A stretch of 64,000 nt of DNA from Promethearchaeota archaeon (lineage in GTDB: Archaea > Asgardarchaeota > Lokiarchaeia > Sigyniarchaeales > SOKP01). The DNA is taken from assembly GCA_048940645.1 (NCBI GenBank), contig JBHLOI010000015.1:1-64000 (forward strand), read 5' to 3'. Made by a program: the position numbers and the translations under genes. Below, one piece after another: positions 1 to 10,533 of this stretch; position 1 is the first letter of the stretch, and each line of letters begins with the position of its first letter. The notes under the pieces are model-generated. The model was not told where the DNA came from and searched no databases. It was given only the letters and a program-made list of their open reading frames with translations.

Positions 1-1235
1 AGCATTGCATAACAATTTGAAACTGAATGACAGCCAAATAATTGAATGAAAACAAGGCCATCAGCATCTATTTTTTTTGCGGTTCTCATATACGAATCCG
101 TTAAAGCATTGTTATCGCATCCAATTCCTTGCTCAGTTGCGTTTAACAAATATCGAGCATATTCCTCAAGGGGATTTGAAGCACTCGATATATTAATTTC
201 GTCTAAAAGACATAAAGTGTCCCAATCAGCATATATAGCCCTTCCTCCTAATTCATAAATAATCTCATGAGATTCGGGGGGCCATCCACCAAACATAGGA
301 GTGACTAGAATTTTTGGCTTTTTTGATACATCCATACCTATACCTTTCCTAATCCTTTCTCGCATTTCATTTACTAAAAATGATAAATTTTCAGCATATC
401 TTTTAGCATCAGAATTGTAATCTTGAAAGGTTATATTTAATAAAGCTAAAATTTCACTAAAAGTGGCAGGGTTACAAGGATAAAAATCTGAAGTACTAAT
501 TTCGTATAATATCGTTTTATATGATTTTTTTACCTGATTTCCTATTTGGAAATGGTTTCTTATATCATTATCTGAAACCGCTTTACCAGTAATTGATTCA
601 AGTTTTTCTGTAGCATTTGAGAGATTCTCTGTTAAGAGCTCTAAGGCATTTCCTATATTTCTCGGGGGTATATCAATCCAGATTTGTTGAGAAGTATTTT
701 CAATAGTTTTTAGAGACTCTAAATATTTATTCCAAGCACTACAGCGGATCGTAAAATTTAATGTAGCTTCTACATTCTTAATTTTACTGGTATGCATTCC
801 ATACAAACTTTTAATTCCATAACAAAAATCACTAGGAATTCCACTTTCAACTCCTAAATCATACATCTCATTATATTTTTTATTGATAGTATCAATAACT
901 TCATCAATAATATCATCAATTAGTTTGCTTAATTCTCCAATTCCAAGATTTTTAACAAAGCCTAAAAAGTCAGAAACTCGATTCCATCCAAAAATATTTG
1001 AAGCAGAGCCTAAATACCTTAGATATTTATTTATTTCAAAAATCTGCATTCTAATTGGAAAAACTGGTACAGCTCCAGCTATGAAAGCTAGATCTGAGAA
1101 AGGTAAAGCCACAGAAATTAATTTTTTCTTCTCTCTAAATTTTTTCCTTTTTAAATAATCCCTTCCTCCCAAAAAATTATATGCAATTCTTAAGACAGAA
1201 GAAAACCTAACTAATTCGTCAGCCATCAAACTCAT
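1..1235 (-). CDS. 2-hydroxyacyl-CoA dehydratase subunit (HgdA/FldB-like), partial, runs off the left edge
   Basis: Not in the ORF track. Manual minus-strand translation from ATG 1235 (or 1226): MSLMADELVRF...GIPSDFCYGIKSLYG...TIRCSAWNKY...DGLVFIQLFGCHSVSNCYAML. The Cys pattern fits the HGD-D family and it abuts the paralog and activator. Confidence 0.85.
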   Translation of the reverse strand, partial: MSLMADELVRFSSVLRIAYNFLGGRDYLKRKKFREKKKLISVALPFSDLAFIAGAVPVFPIRMQIFEINKYLRYLGSASNIFGWNRVSDFLGFVKNLGIGELSKLIDDIIDEVIDTINKKYNEMYDLGVESGIPSDFCYGIKSLYGMHTSKIKNVEATLNFTIRCSAWNKYLESLKTIENTSQQIWIDIPPRNIGNALELLTENLSNATEKLESITGKAVSDNDIRNHFQIGNQVKKSYKTILYEISTSDFYPCNPATFSEILALLNITFQDYNSDAKRYAENLSFLVNEMRERIRKGIGMDVSKKPKILVTPMFGGWPPESHEIIYELGGRAIYADWDTLCLLDEINISSASNPLEEYARYLLNATEQGIGCDNNALTDSYMRTAKKIDADGLVFIQLFGCHSVSNCYAM

Positions 1236-1237
1236 TA

Positions 1238-2374
1238 TCATATCATCTCCAAAAAAGCCTCAATACGTGTAGAGAGCTGACCCTTATTCGCTTTTGAATA
1301 ATCTCTCTCTAAATTTAAAACAGGAATACCCTGATCTTGTAATTTGTTTTTAAAAAAAGAAGACATAATCGAAATGTGATCACAGAATTTAATTATATGA
1401 TTAATTACTGCCAATTTTTTTCCAGTTTTTTGTTTATATTGTTTATACATGTTTAAAATTTGAGCTATTTTATTTTCTAAAAAATTAGGAACTGAGTGGT
1501 CTCCATAAATATTTTCATTATATCGATGTACAAACAAATTAAGAGGATTTTTTTCCGCTTCAATCAATTCATCACTGATTATTTGGGAGAAATAGTTATC
1601 ACCAACCCAAGTATCGAAGAAAACTATGTTTCCTCCTCCTTCCTCTATTAGATCTATTAAATAATCATTGATAAATATTGAACAGCCAGTTAATATAACA
1701 TCTTTGGAAGTATTTTCGAAATCATTTGAATTTTCTTTATATTTTTGAATTATATTTTCCAATGTTGGATAAAATTCAGGACCGAATAACATTGCTTTTT
1801 GGATTATTTTTAATTTTTCAGACCCTTTAATATATAAATTGTTGAATTCTAGGAGTTTTTTCTTAAAATTATTATATTTTTTGATGCTATTGACCAAATC
1901 TTCATCTTTGATCTTATTTCCTATAATTGTTTCAAGATTTTGTTTGAGATCCTCTAATTCGAGTTTCAAATAGGTCAAACTATTATTACTTTTAACATAT
2001 GAGATATAGAAATTTAAACGGGGAATGTTAAAATATTTAGAAATTATTTCTGACGCACATATATCCGAAACACAATGGTTTGACACTAAAAAATAATCTA
2101 TTAATTCCAAAAACTTGAAGAACTTAGGTTTTAACGAAAATAATCCTATACACGACTGTGCAAAAGCACAAGTTGAGGGGGGCAAAAAATCATGACTAGC
2201 AGTCATTAGATCATCATTCCCACCAAAAATTAGCTTAAGTGGAATAAATCCTCCCGCATCGAATAATTCTTCTGGAATATTATCATGAGAAATAAAACCA
2301 ATTACTTTTTTACCTTCCTCTTTTTTTTCTTTAAGAAATAGAGAAAAATCCGAAAGTAATTCTAAATCTTGCAT
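1238..2374 (-). CDS. 2-hydroxyacyl-CoA dehydratase subunit (HgdB/FldC-like)
   Basis: IPEELFDAGG, TCAFAQSC, NHCVSDIC, IKFCDH and C-terminal GQLSTRIEAFLEMI typical of the family. Confidence 0.9.
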   Translation of the reverse strand: MQDLELLSDFSLFLKEKKEEGKKVIGFISHDNIPEELFDAGGFIPLKLIFGGNDDLMTASHDFLPPSTCAFAQSCIGLFSLKPKFFKFLELIDYFLVSNHCVSDICASEIISKYFNIPRLNFYISYVKSNNSLTYLKLELEDLKQNLETIIGNKIKDEDLVNSIKKYNNFKKKLLEFNNLYIKGSEKLKIIQKAMLFGPEFYPTLENIIQKYKENSNDFENTSKDVILTGCSIFINDYLIDLIEEGGGNIVFFDTWVGDNYFSQIISDELIEAEKNPLNLFVHRYNENIYGDHSVPNFLENKIAQILNMYKQYKQKTGKKLAVINHIIKFCDHISIMSSFFKNKLQDQGIPVLNLERDYSKANKGQLSTRIEAFLEMI

Positions 2375-2435
2375 AATATTCTCATGAAAAATTTAAATCA
2401 TTATTAGCTAAAAAAGAGAAAATACTTCAAAAAAT

Positions 2436-3212
2436 TTAATTATTATTCTCTTGAGCTATAAGTGCTGCGCCAATTGCCCCCGTTAATTGTGGATATTCGG
2501 GACTAACAATCTCAAATCCTAGTTCCGTTATTAAATATTTTTTAACAGCATTATTCTTCGCAACTCCTCCACAAAATACTAATTTAGGTGCTACTCCAAT
2601 ACGTTTTGCCATGCCAGCTACTCTTCTTGAAATGGATTTATGAATCCCAGCAGCTATATCCTCTTTTGATGCGCCTCTTGCAAAAAGACTAATCACTTCA
2701 CTTTCAGCAAATACCGTACATGTAGAACTAATAGATGCTGGTTTATTTGATCCTAAAGCTAAATCGCCAAACTCATTAATGGGAACTTCTAACGCATGTG
2801 CCATAACTTCTAAAAACCTACCGGTTCCGGCAGCGCATTTATCATTCATTTGAAAATCAATAACATTTCCAGTCTTCTTTGAAATGAGAATTGCCTTACT
2901 ATCTTGGCCTCCAATATCTATTACTGAATGGGCATCTGGAAAGAAATATTGAGCCCCTTTTGCATGAGCTGTAATTTCTGTTACACGATCATCGGCAATG
3001 TCAATCGTATTTCGACCATATCCCGTACTCATTACATAAACTTCAGATCTTTTTAGATTATTTTTCGTTAATATATCTTCAAAAAGATTATGTCCTACTT
3101 TCTTAAAATTATAAGTGGATCTTTCAGTTCTGTGATCAGTCAATTTTCCTTCATTGACTAAAACAATTTTAGTTGCTAAGGAACCAATATCAATTCCAAT
3201 AAACGCTTTCAA
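2436..3212 (-). CDS. CoA-substrate-specific enzyme activase (HgdC-like ATP-dependent [4Fe-4S] activator)
   Basis: GIDIGS, TGYGR, DIGGQDSK, MNDKCAAGTGRFLE, STCTVFAESEVIS; TTG start. Confidence 0.95.
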   Translation of the reverse strand: MKAFIGIDIGSLATKIVLVNEGKLTDHRTERSTYNFKKVGHNLFEDILTKNNLKRSEVYVMSTGYGRNTIDIADDRVTEITAHAKGAQYFFPDAHSVIDIGGQDSKAILISKKTGNVIDFQMNDKCAAGTGRFLEVMAHALEVPINEFGDLALGSNKPASISSTCTVFAESEVISLFARGASKEDIAAGIHKSISRRVAGMAKRIGVAPKLVFCGGVAKNNAVKKYLITELGFEIVSPEYPQLTGAIGAALIAQENNN

Positions 3213-3286
3213 CTTTAATTTTCCTACTTAACTTTTGCTATAAAAATTCAGCAAGAAATATTAAATTTATCATTTAATCGTTGTAA

Positions 3287-4033
3287 TTAAGTAAATCTTA
3301 AGATAATGATTGAGATAACAATAGTTAATGTGAAAGCAATTAATAGTTGGAGGATACTTTTAATAATTGATTCACGAGAAATTGCACCTAAGAAAACTCC
3401 CAAGAGTACAATAGATATAAATATTATTAAAAAAGAGATCATGAATGTTTCAAATCTTGCTTGTGAAACCAAAAAGAAAGGGATTAAAGGTATAATTCCA
3501 CCTAAAAATGGGGCTAAACCGTTCACTAATGCAACACTAATTGTAGCAAAAGTCTCGGCTTTTTCTTGCAAAGTTTTTTTCTTGGGTTCTGCTTCATTTT
3601 CTGTTTGATTTTGAACAAGACCATCCAGTTTTATACTCTTCAACATAGCTTTTTCTAATTCTTTCTTGGTTATATTGTTTTCTTCTTCTGCTACTTCACT
3701 CACTACTACCATAGCTTTTTCTAATTCTAATCTTAATTTTCTCTGCTCAGCCTTCTCAGACATGTAGGAACCTGATATACCTGATATTAACATTGAAATG
3801 GATGTTGCAAAACCAGTTATAAGAACAATCTCACTCTCAATAAAAGGGTGTGATTCTTCCAAAATTAATATAAAAAAACCTAAAAGAATTCCAAGAACGG
3901 TTAGTAGCCCATCATAGAAATTATTTACAAAATAGCGTCGAGCAATTCCCCCAAGTTTTGTGATCTTGGAAAAAAGTTTATATTTTTTAAACATTTTTTT
4001 GAGTATTTGATTTAAATTGGCTGTAAATACCAA
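3287..4033 (-). CDS. VIT1/CCC1-family (archaeal TIGR00267-like) membrane protein
   Basis: RRYFVNNFYDGLLT, SGSYMSEKAE, PLIPF; about 5 TM segments with an acidic soluble insert. Confidence 0.8.
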   Translation of the reverse strand: MVFTANLNQILKKMFKKYKLFSKITKLGGIARRYFVNNFYDGLLTVLGILLGFFILILEESHPFIESEIVLITGFATSISMLISGISGSYMSEKAEQRKLRLELEKAMVVVSEVAEEENNITKKELEKAMLKSIKLDGLVQNQTENEAEPKKKTLQEKAETFATISVALVNGLAPFLGGIIPLIPFFLVSQARFETFMISFLIIFISIVLLGVFLGAISRESIIKSILQLLIAFTLTIVISIIILRFT

Positions 4034-4042
4034 TAATTTAAT

Positions 4043-4822
4043 TTAAATTCCTAACAATAAAGATACTAAAAGTGTTACAATGCCTGCAGTCACTAAATGC
4101 AAAGCATATTTAATACGACCCCCACCAGAGATATTACCAAGAAAAATTCCTAAATAAACCAATAAACCTGTTAAAATTATGTAAGAAAAGATGAAATGAA
4201 ATAAAGATAAAACTGTACCAAAAAAAAATGGAATTAATGGAAGGGAGGACCCCATAACTGGAGCGCCTCCATCTACTAGTGATGCAACAATAGTGGCAAA
4301 TTTTTCTGCTTGCTCAATTAGAGTGTTATTCTTTTTATCTTTTTTCTGAAATTGTTCAATAGGAATTAGTATCTGTCTCTTATTATTTGTATTTTCTGAA
4401 TTAATCGGTATTACCATAGCTTTTTGGATTTCCTTTTGTTCTAGTAATTTTTTAGCTAACTCTAATTTTTCGATATCAATCTTATCATAATCTATTTCCA
4501 CCTCCTCTTCCTGAAGAATTACCATTTCTCTTTTTAAATCCATCAATTTTTTCTTTCTTTCAGCTTTCTCAGAAAGAAAAGCTCCCCATAGCCCACTTAT
4601 CCCTATAGCTAAAGCAGTCGCAAAACCAGTAATAATTACATTACCTGGGGTAATATTACTACCATTTGGAGAAAGGAATATGATAAACAAACCACTAACA
4701 ATTCCAGCACATGTTAATGCTCCATCGAAACAATTGTTAAAAAACTTTCGACGAGAGATAATTCCCAAATCAGACATTTGGGAATACTTTTGCCATTTTT
4801 TTAAAGTCGATTTAATTCCCAT
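4043..4822 (-). CDS. VIT1/CCC1-family membrane protein, paralog of the adjacent gene
   Basis: RRKFFNNCFDGALT, WGAFLSEKAE, PLIPF. The ORF is open to 4885, but ATG 4822 (MGIKS) follows an AGGTG motif. Confidence 0.78.
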   Translation of the reverse strand: MGIKSTLKKWQKYSQMSDLGIISRRKFFNNCFDGALTCAGIVSGLFIIFLSPNGSNITPGNVIITGFATALAIGISGLWGAFLSEKAERKKKLMDLKREMVILQEEEVEIDYDKIDIEKLELAKKLLEQKEIQKAMVIPINSENTNNKRQILIPIEQFQKKDKKNNTLIEQAEKFATIVASLVDGGAPVMGSSLPLIPFFFGTVLSLFHFIFSYIILTGLLVYLGIFLGNISGGGRIKYALHLVTAGIVTLLVSLLLGI

Positions 4823-5041
4823 TTTATTAAAAATACACCTATTAAATATCATGTATTCTAGATGTAAAAATTTTACGTTTAGCAAGAGTATTTATCAAAA
4901 TAAGGAGACTCCAAAAAACTACTTATTTATGATGATAATAATAAAATCTAAGTTTTTATTCTATATAAATTAATTTTCTCCTAAAAGATGATGATTTTTA
5001 TTTATCAAATCATATAATATTCTTAGAATGTTAAAAATATA

Positions 5042-5707
5042 GTGAAATTTAAAATGTCATCAAATAGGAAGTTAAAAGAAGAAATTATAAGCTTACTTGT
5101 GGAACATTCAAGGATAATGTATGATGTCATAAGCGATATGGGAGTATATTATAGTGCTTGGGCAAAAGATTATGAAAAGAATAAAGAAAGTTTGCAGAAA
5201 AAAAAGAGCAAAATGCAATTAGCTGAAGAAGAGGCAGATGAATACAAAATTAAATTAATACAAAATTTCGCAGAAGCAGGAACTCAAGGCTTTGGAGATT
5301 ACGTTGATTTGATATTAAGATTGGATAATGTAATTAATTATCCTCTTGAATTTGTTGATATGCTCGATAAAATTGATTTAGCAGCTAAGAAGTTCAAGAA
5401 TATTAAAACAAGATATGAAAAATTAATAAATCAAATTATGGAAATAGCAGATGTACTAAAACAAACCTTAAAAAATCTAAGAGATAATACAGATAAAGTT
5501 TACGAAAACACCGTTAAAATTCATGAGTTCGAGAATGATATTGATACAATTTACAGGCAATTCCTTGACTATCTTTATTCCACTTCAAATGAAGAATTAG
5601 ACGTTAGACTATTATTAAGAATAAGAGATAGTATTGTATTACTAGAACAATTAGCTGATCGTATACATGATATTGCGGATCTTATTCGCGTTTTACTTTA
5701 CCAATAA
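5042..5707 (+). CDS. DUF47/PhoU-like phosphate transport regulator family protein
   Basis: Duplicated helical motifs EEEADEYK...LDNVIN and HEFENDID...LEQLADRIHD. Confidence 0.8.
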   Translation: MKFKMSSNRKLKEEIISLLVEHSRIMYDVISDMGVYYSAWAKDYEKNKESLQKKKSKMQLAEEEADEYKIKLIQNFAEAGTQGFGDYVDLILRLDNVINYPLEFVDMLDKIDLAAKKFKNIKTRYEKLINQIMEIADVLKQTLKNLRDNTDKVYENTVKIHEFENDIDTIYRQFLDYLYSTSNEELDVRLLLRIRDSIVLLEQLADRIHDIADLIRVLLYQ

Positions 5708-5853
5708 ATTCTCCTTATACCATAAAGTTGATAAGAGAGACTTCTTCTTATTAATTTTTATTATATTAATTGCTTTTTAGGCACAAATTTTAGAAAAATT
5801 TTTACGCTCTAATTTATTTTTTTATAATATTAGTTTTTAAATTAAAAATAACA

Positions 5854-6225
5854 GTGAATTATATGAATGGTAAAAAAAAATTTTATCTACTACTTGGATT
5901 ATTTCAAATAATTTTAGTACTTACTGTATTTTTTTCTGTAAATGGATTAGTAACATTTGTAGCCGCTCAAGGTTCATATGAATATTATAATTCAGTTACT
6001 TCAGCTATCTTGGCAATCTCAGCAGCAGTATCTGTTGGAGCTTCTGTATTAGGTAGTGCATTGGCAATAAAAACTGTAGGTACTGCAGCAATTTCATCTC
6101 TTGCAGAACGAGAAGAATCATTCTTTAAAGCATTCTTAGTAGTAGCATTAGCGGAAGCTTTAGCTGTTTATGGCTTAATCGTTGGAATCCTCTTATGGAC
6201 AAAAATACCAACTCCACCAGCTTAA
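5854..6225 (+). CDS. atpK: A/V-type ATP synthase subunit K (c, proteolipid) with N-terminal hydrophobic extension
   Basis: VALAEALAVYGLIVG ion-binding Glu helix; first gene of the operon; ATG 5863 is an alternative start. Confidence 0.9.
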   Translation: MNYMNGKKKFYLLLGLFQIILVLTVFFSVNGLVTFVAAQGSYEYYNSVTSAILAISAAVSVGASVLGSALAIKTVGTAAISSLAEREESFFKAFLVVALAEALAVYGLIVGILLWTKIPTPPA

Positions 6226-6274
6226 TATAAAAATTTCATTATTTTATAAATTAACATTATCAAAATTTCATCCT

Positions 6275-7354
6275 TTGGTGTTATCTACGAGCACAATAAT
6301 CCCATCTTATGTTTATACTTACATAAAAATAGATTATTTAAAAAAACTGATTTTAAAAGAAGAATATTTATTAAGATTAAGAGAATTTGATAATATTCGA
6401 GATCTTTTTGATTTTATTCGCCCTTATTATCCAGAAATTAATGTTTCAGAATATACTATAATAGAAATTGAGCAAGCTCTATTTCATATTTATATAAAGT
6501 TAATTGGAAAAATTTTGCATTTCTCTCCAGAGAATATGAAACTCTTTTTAAGAGCTTTACTTTTAAAATTTGAAATTTCCAATATTAAACAGATCATTCT
6601 TGGGTCTATTATCGGGATGTCTAAATTAGAAAAATCTAAGAGAATTAATTTTTTAGTAGAGGAATATTTAGAACATTCAAATTTTATCAATGATTTATTA
6701 GAAATCTCCAGTTTAGAGGAAATTCAATTATATATGAAAAAAACGAGATATAATAAAGCAATTCGAGAAGGTATACTTTATTTTAAAAATACGAATGAAA
6801 TTTTTGTTTTAGAGACGTTTTTAGATAAGATATATTATGAAAATCTGATTTTAACTAAACAAATATATAATAAAAAAGAAAGTGCTATGATATCATTGTT
6901 TATAGATTACTCCATTGAAGTTTATAATTTAAGGATGATTTCACGTGCAATTATTAATAAATTTGATAAAAATTTAACTTCTCAACTTTTAGTTAACGAG
7001 TATGTATTTTTGAATCAGAATAAACTTAAAACGTTATTAAACACCAAAAATATTGATGATTTTACTTCAAATTTAGAAAATTTTTTAAGATCCTCAAAAG
7101 ATTTAAAGGAATTATTTATACCAATTATTTTAAATAAAAAACATTTAAGATGGTCTTTTGAAGGGCTTTACCAAAATTATTATTTTAAAAAATTTCAATT
7201 AATAATTGATGATTTTGATTATGCAACAATATATAAGATTTTAGAATTGATAATTAAAAAAGAGAAAGAAATTAAATTTAATATAATGCCAAATGTAATT
7301 AGAATAATTCATAATAAGTATGAGGGGTTAAAGCTTAAGGATGAAAATTTTTGA
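6275..7354 (+). CDS. atpC: A/V-type ATP synthase subunit C (AC39/d)
   Basis: Size, position, motifs YVYTYIKI, KFEISNIK, ETFLDKIYYE, EVYNL. The track start (6182) overlaps atpK; TTG 6275 or GTG 6278 is more likely. Confidence 0.8.
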   Translation: MVLSTSTIIPSYVYTYIKIDYLKKLILKEEYLLRLREFDNIRDLFDFIRPYYPEINVSEYTIIEIEQALFHIYIKLIGKILHFSPENMKLFLRALLLKFEISNIKQIILGSIIGMSKLEKSKRINFLVEEYLEHSNFINDLLEISSLEEIQLYMKKTRYNKAIREGILYFKNTNEIFVLETFLDKIYYENLILTKQIYNKKESAMISLFIDYSIEVYNLRMISRAIINKFDKNLTSQLLVNEYVFLNQNKLKTLLNTKNIDDFTSNLENFLRSSKDLKELFIPIILNKKHLRWSFEGLYQNYYFKKFQLIIDDFDYATIYKILELIIKKEKEIKFNIMPNVIRIIHNKYEGLKLKDENF

Positions 7355-7658
7355 ATGGGCAAAAGAAGTAGAAAATATATATAAAGAACTAATAGAAAAA
7401 TCAAAAAATCAAAATTTAAAAGAAATTGAAGAATTAAAAATTGAAAATGAAAAATTAATAGATGAATCCTTACAAAAAAAACAAAATTTAGTTAATATTG
7501 CACTAAAATCTCTTAATAAAGATGTTAAAAAGGAAGTTTCACAATTTGAAGAGAATTTGAAAAGCATTCTTAAAAATTTTGAACACGATTATAATCAAAA
7601 TAAGAAAAAAATAATAAATGATATTATTAAAAGCTTAGGTATGGATTTTAATGACTGA
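7341..7658 (+). CDS. A/V-type ATP synthase subunit H (G, peripheral stalk), putative
   Basis: 105 aa highly charged coiled-coil inside the operon, overlapping both neighbours. Confidence 0.6.
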   Translation: MKIFEWAKEVENIYKELIEKSKNQNLKEIEELKIENEKLIDESLQKKQNLVNIALKSLNKDVKKEVSQFEENLKSILKNFEHDYNQNKKKIINDIIKSLGMDFND

Positions 7659-7971
7659 ACAAAAGATTTATGCGATTGGAGAAGAAGAAACTATACTGAT
7701 GATGGGTTTATTGGGAATAGAGGGAACAGTACTTAATAAACCAGAAGAATTTTCAAACGAATTTAATAGTTTAAAAAAAGATACATCTATAGGAATGATA
7801 ATTATAGCAATGGATTTATTAGATAATGATATTCAAAATCTACTAGAACATAAATTAAGTAAAGAAAAGCCGTTTATTTTTTATCTTCCCGATATTTTCA
7901 AATCAAAACTTGAAGATAGGACTGTTTTTCTTAAAGAAATTTTTAAGTCTATAGGAAAACTCATAAAATAG
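7651..7971 (+). CDS. atpF: A/V-type ATP synthase subunit F
   Basis: KIYAIGEEETILMMGLLGIEG...IGMIII...PFIFYLP...SIG. Confidence 0.85.
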   Translation: MTEQKIYAIGEEETILMMGLLGIEGTVLNKPEEFSNEFNSLKKDTSIGMIIIAMDLLDNDIQNLLEHKLSKEKPFIFYLPDIFKSKLEDRTVFLKEIFKSIGKLIK

Positions 7972-7985
7972 GGTGTTGGGGTAAG

Positions 7986-8708
7986 ATTTCGGAAGAAAAA
8001 AATACCAAAGAACAATTTGGTCGATTAGGACTCTACTTGATAGATAGGGCAGAAGAAAGGATTAAAGAATTTAACCAACAGTTGCTTTATCAAAAAGCAG
8101 AAATTAAAAAAAATTATTTAAAAAAAGTTAATGAAAATTCTTTACGAATAAAAAACCAATTTAGAGAAACTTACGATACCTTTTTAAATGAGTCATTAAC
8201 TTCTAACTTGATTCAAGCCAAAGAATCTATTATAAATCTAAAAAATAACTTTTTAAATGATTTAAAACGTGAATTAAAAAACCAATTAGAAGAAATTATT
8301 GCAAGAAATTACTCTAATTATTTAAATTTTTTAAATGAGAGAATAAAAAGCTCATTAGAAGTTATCGATAAACCTCCAAAAGTAATTATTCAATTAAATC
8401 AAAAAGATTTTAGCGCGATCAATAGAGACATCTCTAAAATTGAAAATCTTTTCAAAAATAAAATAAAAGTTATTTCTTCCAAAGAAGATTTGATTGGTGG
8501 TTTTAAAGTGATCTTGGAAGATGGTAAAATAAGTTATAACTATTCTATTGATAATTTATTATTGAAGAACGCTATTATTATCGAAAAGCACCTTTCACAA
8601 ATTTTTGCTGAGACTGAAATGGAAAAATTACAAATCAATTTTGAAAGATATATTAAAAATAAAAAACAAGAAATAAAGGAGTATTTAAAAGAGTATGATC
8701 AAATCTAA
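7986..8708 (+). CDS. atpE: A/V-type ATP synthase subunit E
   Basis: Coiled-coil N-terminus, LNQKD, IGGFKV..EDGKISYNYSID. Track start is TTG 8037, but the frame is open upstream to an ATT at 7986 after GGGGT. Confidence 0.8.
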   Translation: MSEEKNTKEQFGRLGLYLIDRAEERIKEFNQQLLYQKAEIKKNYLKKVNENSLRIKNQFRETYDTFLNESLTSNLIQAKESIINLKNNFLNDLKRELKNQLEEIIARNYSNYLNFLNERIKSSLEVIDKPPKVIIQLNQKDFSAINRDISKIENLFKNKIKVISSKEDLIGGFKVILEDGKISYNYSIDNLLLKNAIIIEKHLSQIFAETEMEKLQINFERYIKNKKQEIKEYLKEYDQI

Positions 8709-10533
8709 TGAATCCTCTCAAGTTGGATATATTATAGCAGTTAATGGGTCTTTAATCATAGTAAAGGGTATAGAAAAGCAGGTCAAATTACATGATTTAA
8801 TTAAAGTCTCAGAACAAAATATTTTAGGAGAAATAATTCAGATTTATAATAATTATGTGGTAATACAATGCTATGAAAGTACTAATAATTTAAAACTAAA
8901 TCAAGAGGTTATTAGTCTTCAAGAGCCTTTATCAATGGAATTAGCACCAGGACTCCTTACAAGTGTATTTGATGGGATTCAGAGACCTTTAAATTTACTT
9001 GATAAAAAATTAAATAGTGCTTTTTTACAACGTGGCATTGAAATACCCTCTCTTTCTAGAACTATTAAATGGCATTTTATCCCTCATAAGAAAGAAGGAG
9101 AGAGAGTTGAACCAGGAGATATAATTGGTACAATTCAAGAAACACCTTTAATAGAACATAGAATATTAGTTCCAATAAACTATTCAGGAGTGTTATCGTT
9201 TATTATTGATGAGGGAGATTATACTATAGAGGAGGAAATCTATCGATTGGAAAATAGTGGAAAAGAATACACTTTAACCATGTTACAAAAGTGGCCGATA
9301 ACGAGTAGTAGACCTTATAAAGAGAGAATTACATCGGAAGAACCTTTAATTACGGGAATAAGGATAATTGATTTACTCTTTCCTATAGCAAAAGGAGGAA
9401 CGGTTGCTGTACCAGGAGGCTTTGGTACAGGTAAAACAGTTATTCAGCAATCTTTAGCAAAATGGTGTGATGCTGATATAATTATTTTTGTAGGATGTGG
9501 AGAACGAGGGAATGAAATTGCTGATGTGTTAAAAGAATTTTCAAAAATAATTGATCCTAAAAGTGGACGTCCTCTAATAGAAAGAATAGTACTTATAGCT
9601 AACACTTCAAATATGCCTGTTTCAGCTCGTGAGGCAAGTATTTTCTCAGGAGTTACTATAGCCGAATATTATAGAGATATGGGTTACGATGTAGCAGTTT
9701 TGGCTGATAGTACTTCTAGATGGGCAGAATCTTTAAGAGAAATTTCAGGATTATTGGAAGAAATGCCCGCAGAGGAAGGGTATCCTGCATATTTACCTTC
9801 TAAACTTTCTAGCTTTTATGAAAGGGCTGGAAAAGTAGAGATATTAGGAAATCATGATTCAAGAAAAAAAAGGTTGGGCTCATTAACAATAATTGGCTCG
9901 GTTTCTCCTCCTGCAGGTGATTTTAGTGAACCAGTAACAGCTACCACTAAAAGATTTGTTCAAGCATTTTGGGCATTAGATGCTAGTCTTGCCTATTCAA
10001 AACATTATCCTGCTATAAATTGGTTAAGTTCTTATTCAAATTATTTAGAATACGTAGCTCAATGGTGGTATGAACGGGATATTAATTGGCCTGAAATTGA
10101 TATTGACTGGCATCAATGTAGAGCTGAAATTAATGAAATTTTATCAAGGGAAAATGAACTAAAAAATATAGTCCAATTAATTGGAGAAGAAAATTTACCT
10201 GATGATCAACAATTCGTAATTTTTATTGGAAAATTAATACGAGAAAGTTTTCTTATTCAAAATGCTTTTGATAATATTGATAACTTTACCAATGTTAGTA
10301 AATTGTTAGGACACACAAAACTAATTCTACTTTTATATCATCAAGGACAAGAGCTTCTAGCTCAAGGATATTTGCTCGAAGATATTAAATCTTTCGAAGT
10401 TTTGAATGATATTAGAAGAATTAGCCACACAATCCCTAATGATCAATTTGATAAAATAGAAAAAATAAAAAATAACTTGCTTAAAGAGATTCAATCTATA
10501 AAATTAATGTATACTGGACGTAAAAAGTTATGA
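8695..10533 (+). CDS. atpA: A/V-type ATP synthase subunit A (catalytic)
   Basis: P-loop [46 protein letters not shown]. Confidence 0.98.
   Translation: MIKSNESSQVGYIIAVNGSLIIVKGIEKQVKLHDLIKVSEQNILGEIIQIYNNYVVIQCYESTNNLKLNQEVISLQEPLSMELAPGLLTSVFDGIQRPLNLLDKKLNSAFLQRGIEIPSLSRTIKWHFIPHKKEGERVEPGDIIGTIQETPLIEHRILVPINYSGVLSFIIDEGDYTIEEEIYRLENSGKEYTLTMLQKWPITSSRPYKERITSEEPLITGIRIIDLLFPIAKGGTVAVPGGFGTGKTVIQQSLAKWCDADIIIFVGCGERGNEIADVLKEFSKIIDPKSGRPLIERIVLIANTSNMPVSAREASIFSGVTIAEYYRDMGYDVAVLADSTSRWAESLREISGLLEEMPAEEGYPAYLPSKLSSFYERAGKVEILGNHDSRKKRLGSLTIIGSVSPPAGDFSEPVTATTKRFVQAFWALDASLAYSKHYPAINWLSSYSNYLEYVAQWWYERDINWPEIDIDWHQCRAEINEILSRENELKNIVQLIGEENLPDDQQFVIFIGKLIRESFLIQNAFDNIDNFTNVSKLLGHTKLILLLYHQGQELLAQGYLLEDIKSFEVLNDIRRISHTIPNDQFDKIEKIKNNLLKEIQSIKLMYTGRKKL

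Noticed and set aside
46-1158. Plus-strand ORFs 46-258 and 883-1158
   Set aside because: Antisense shadows of the dehydratase subunit at 1-1235 (-), which the track missed because it lacks a stop in the window
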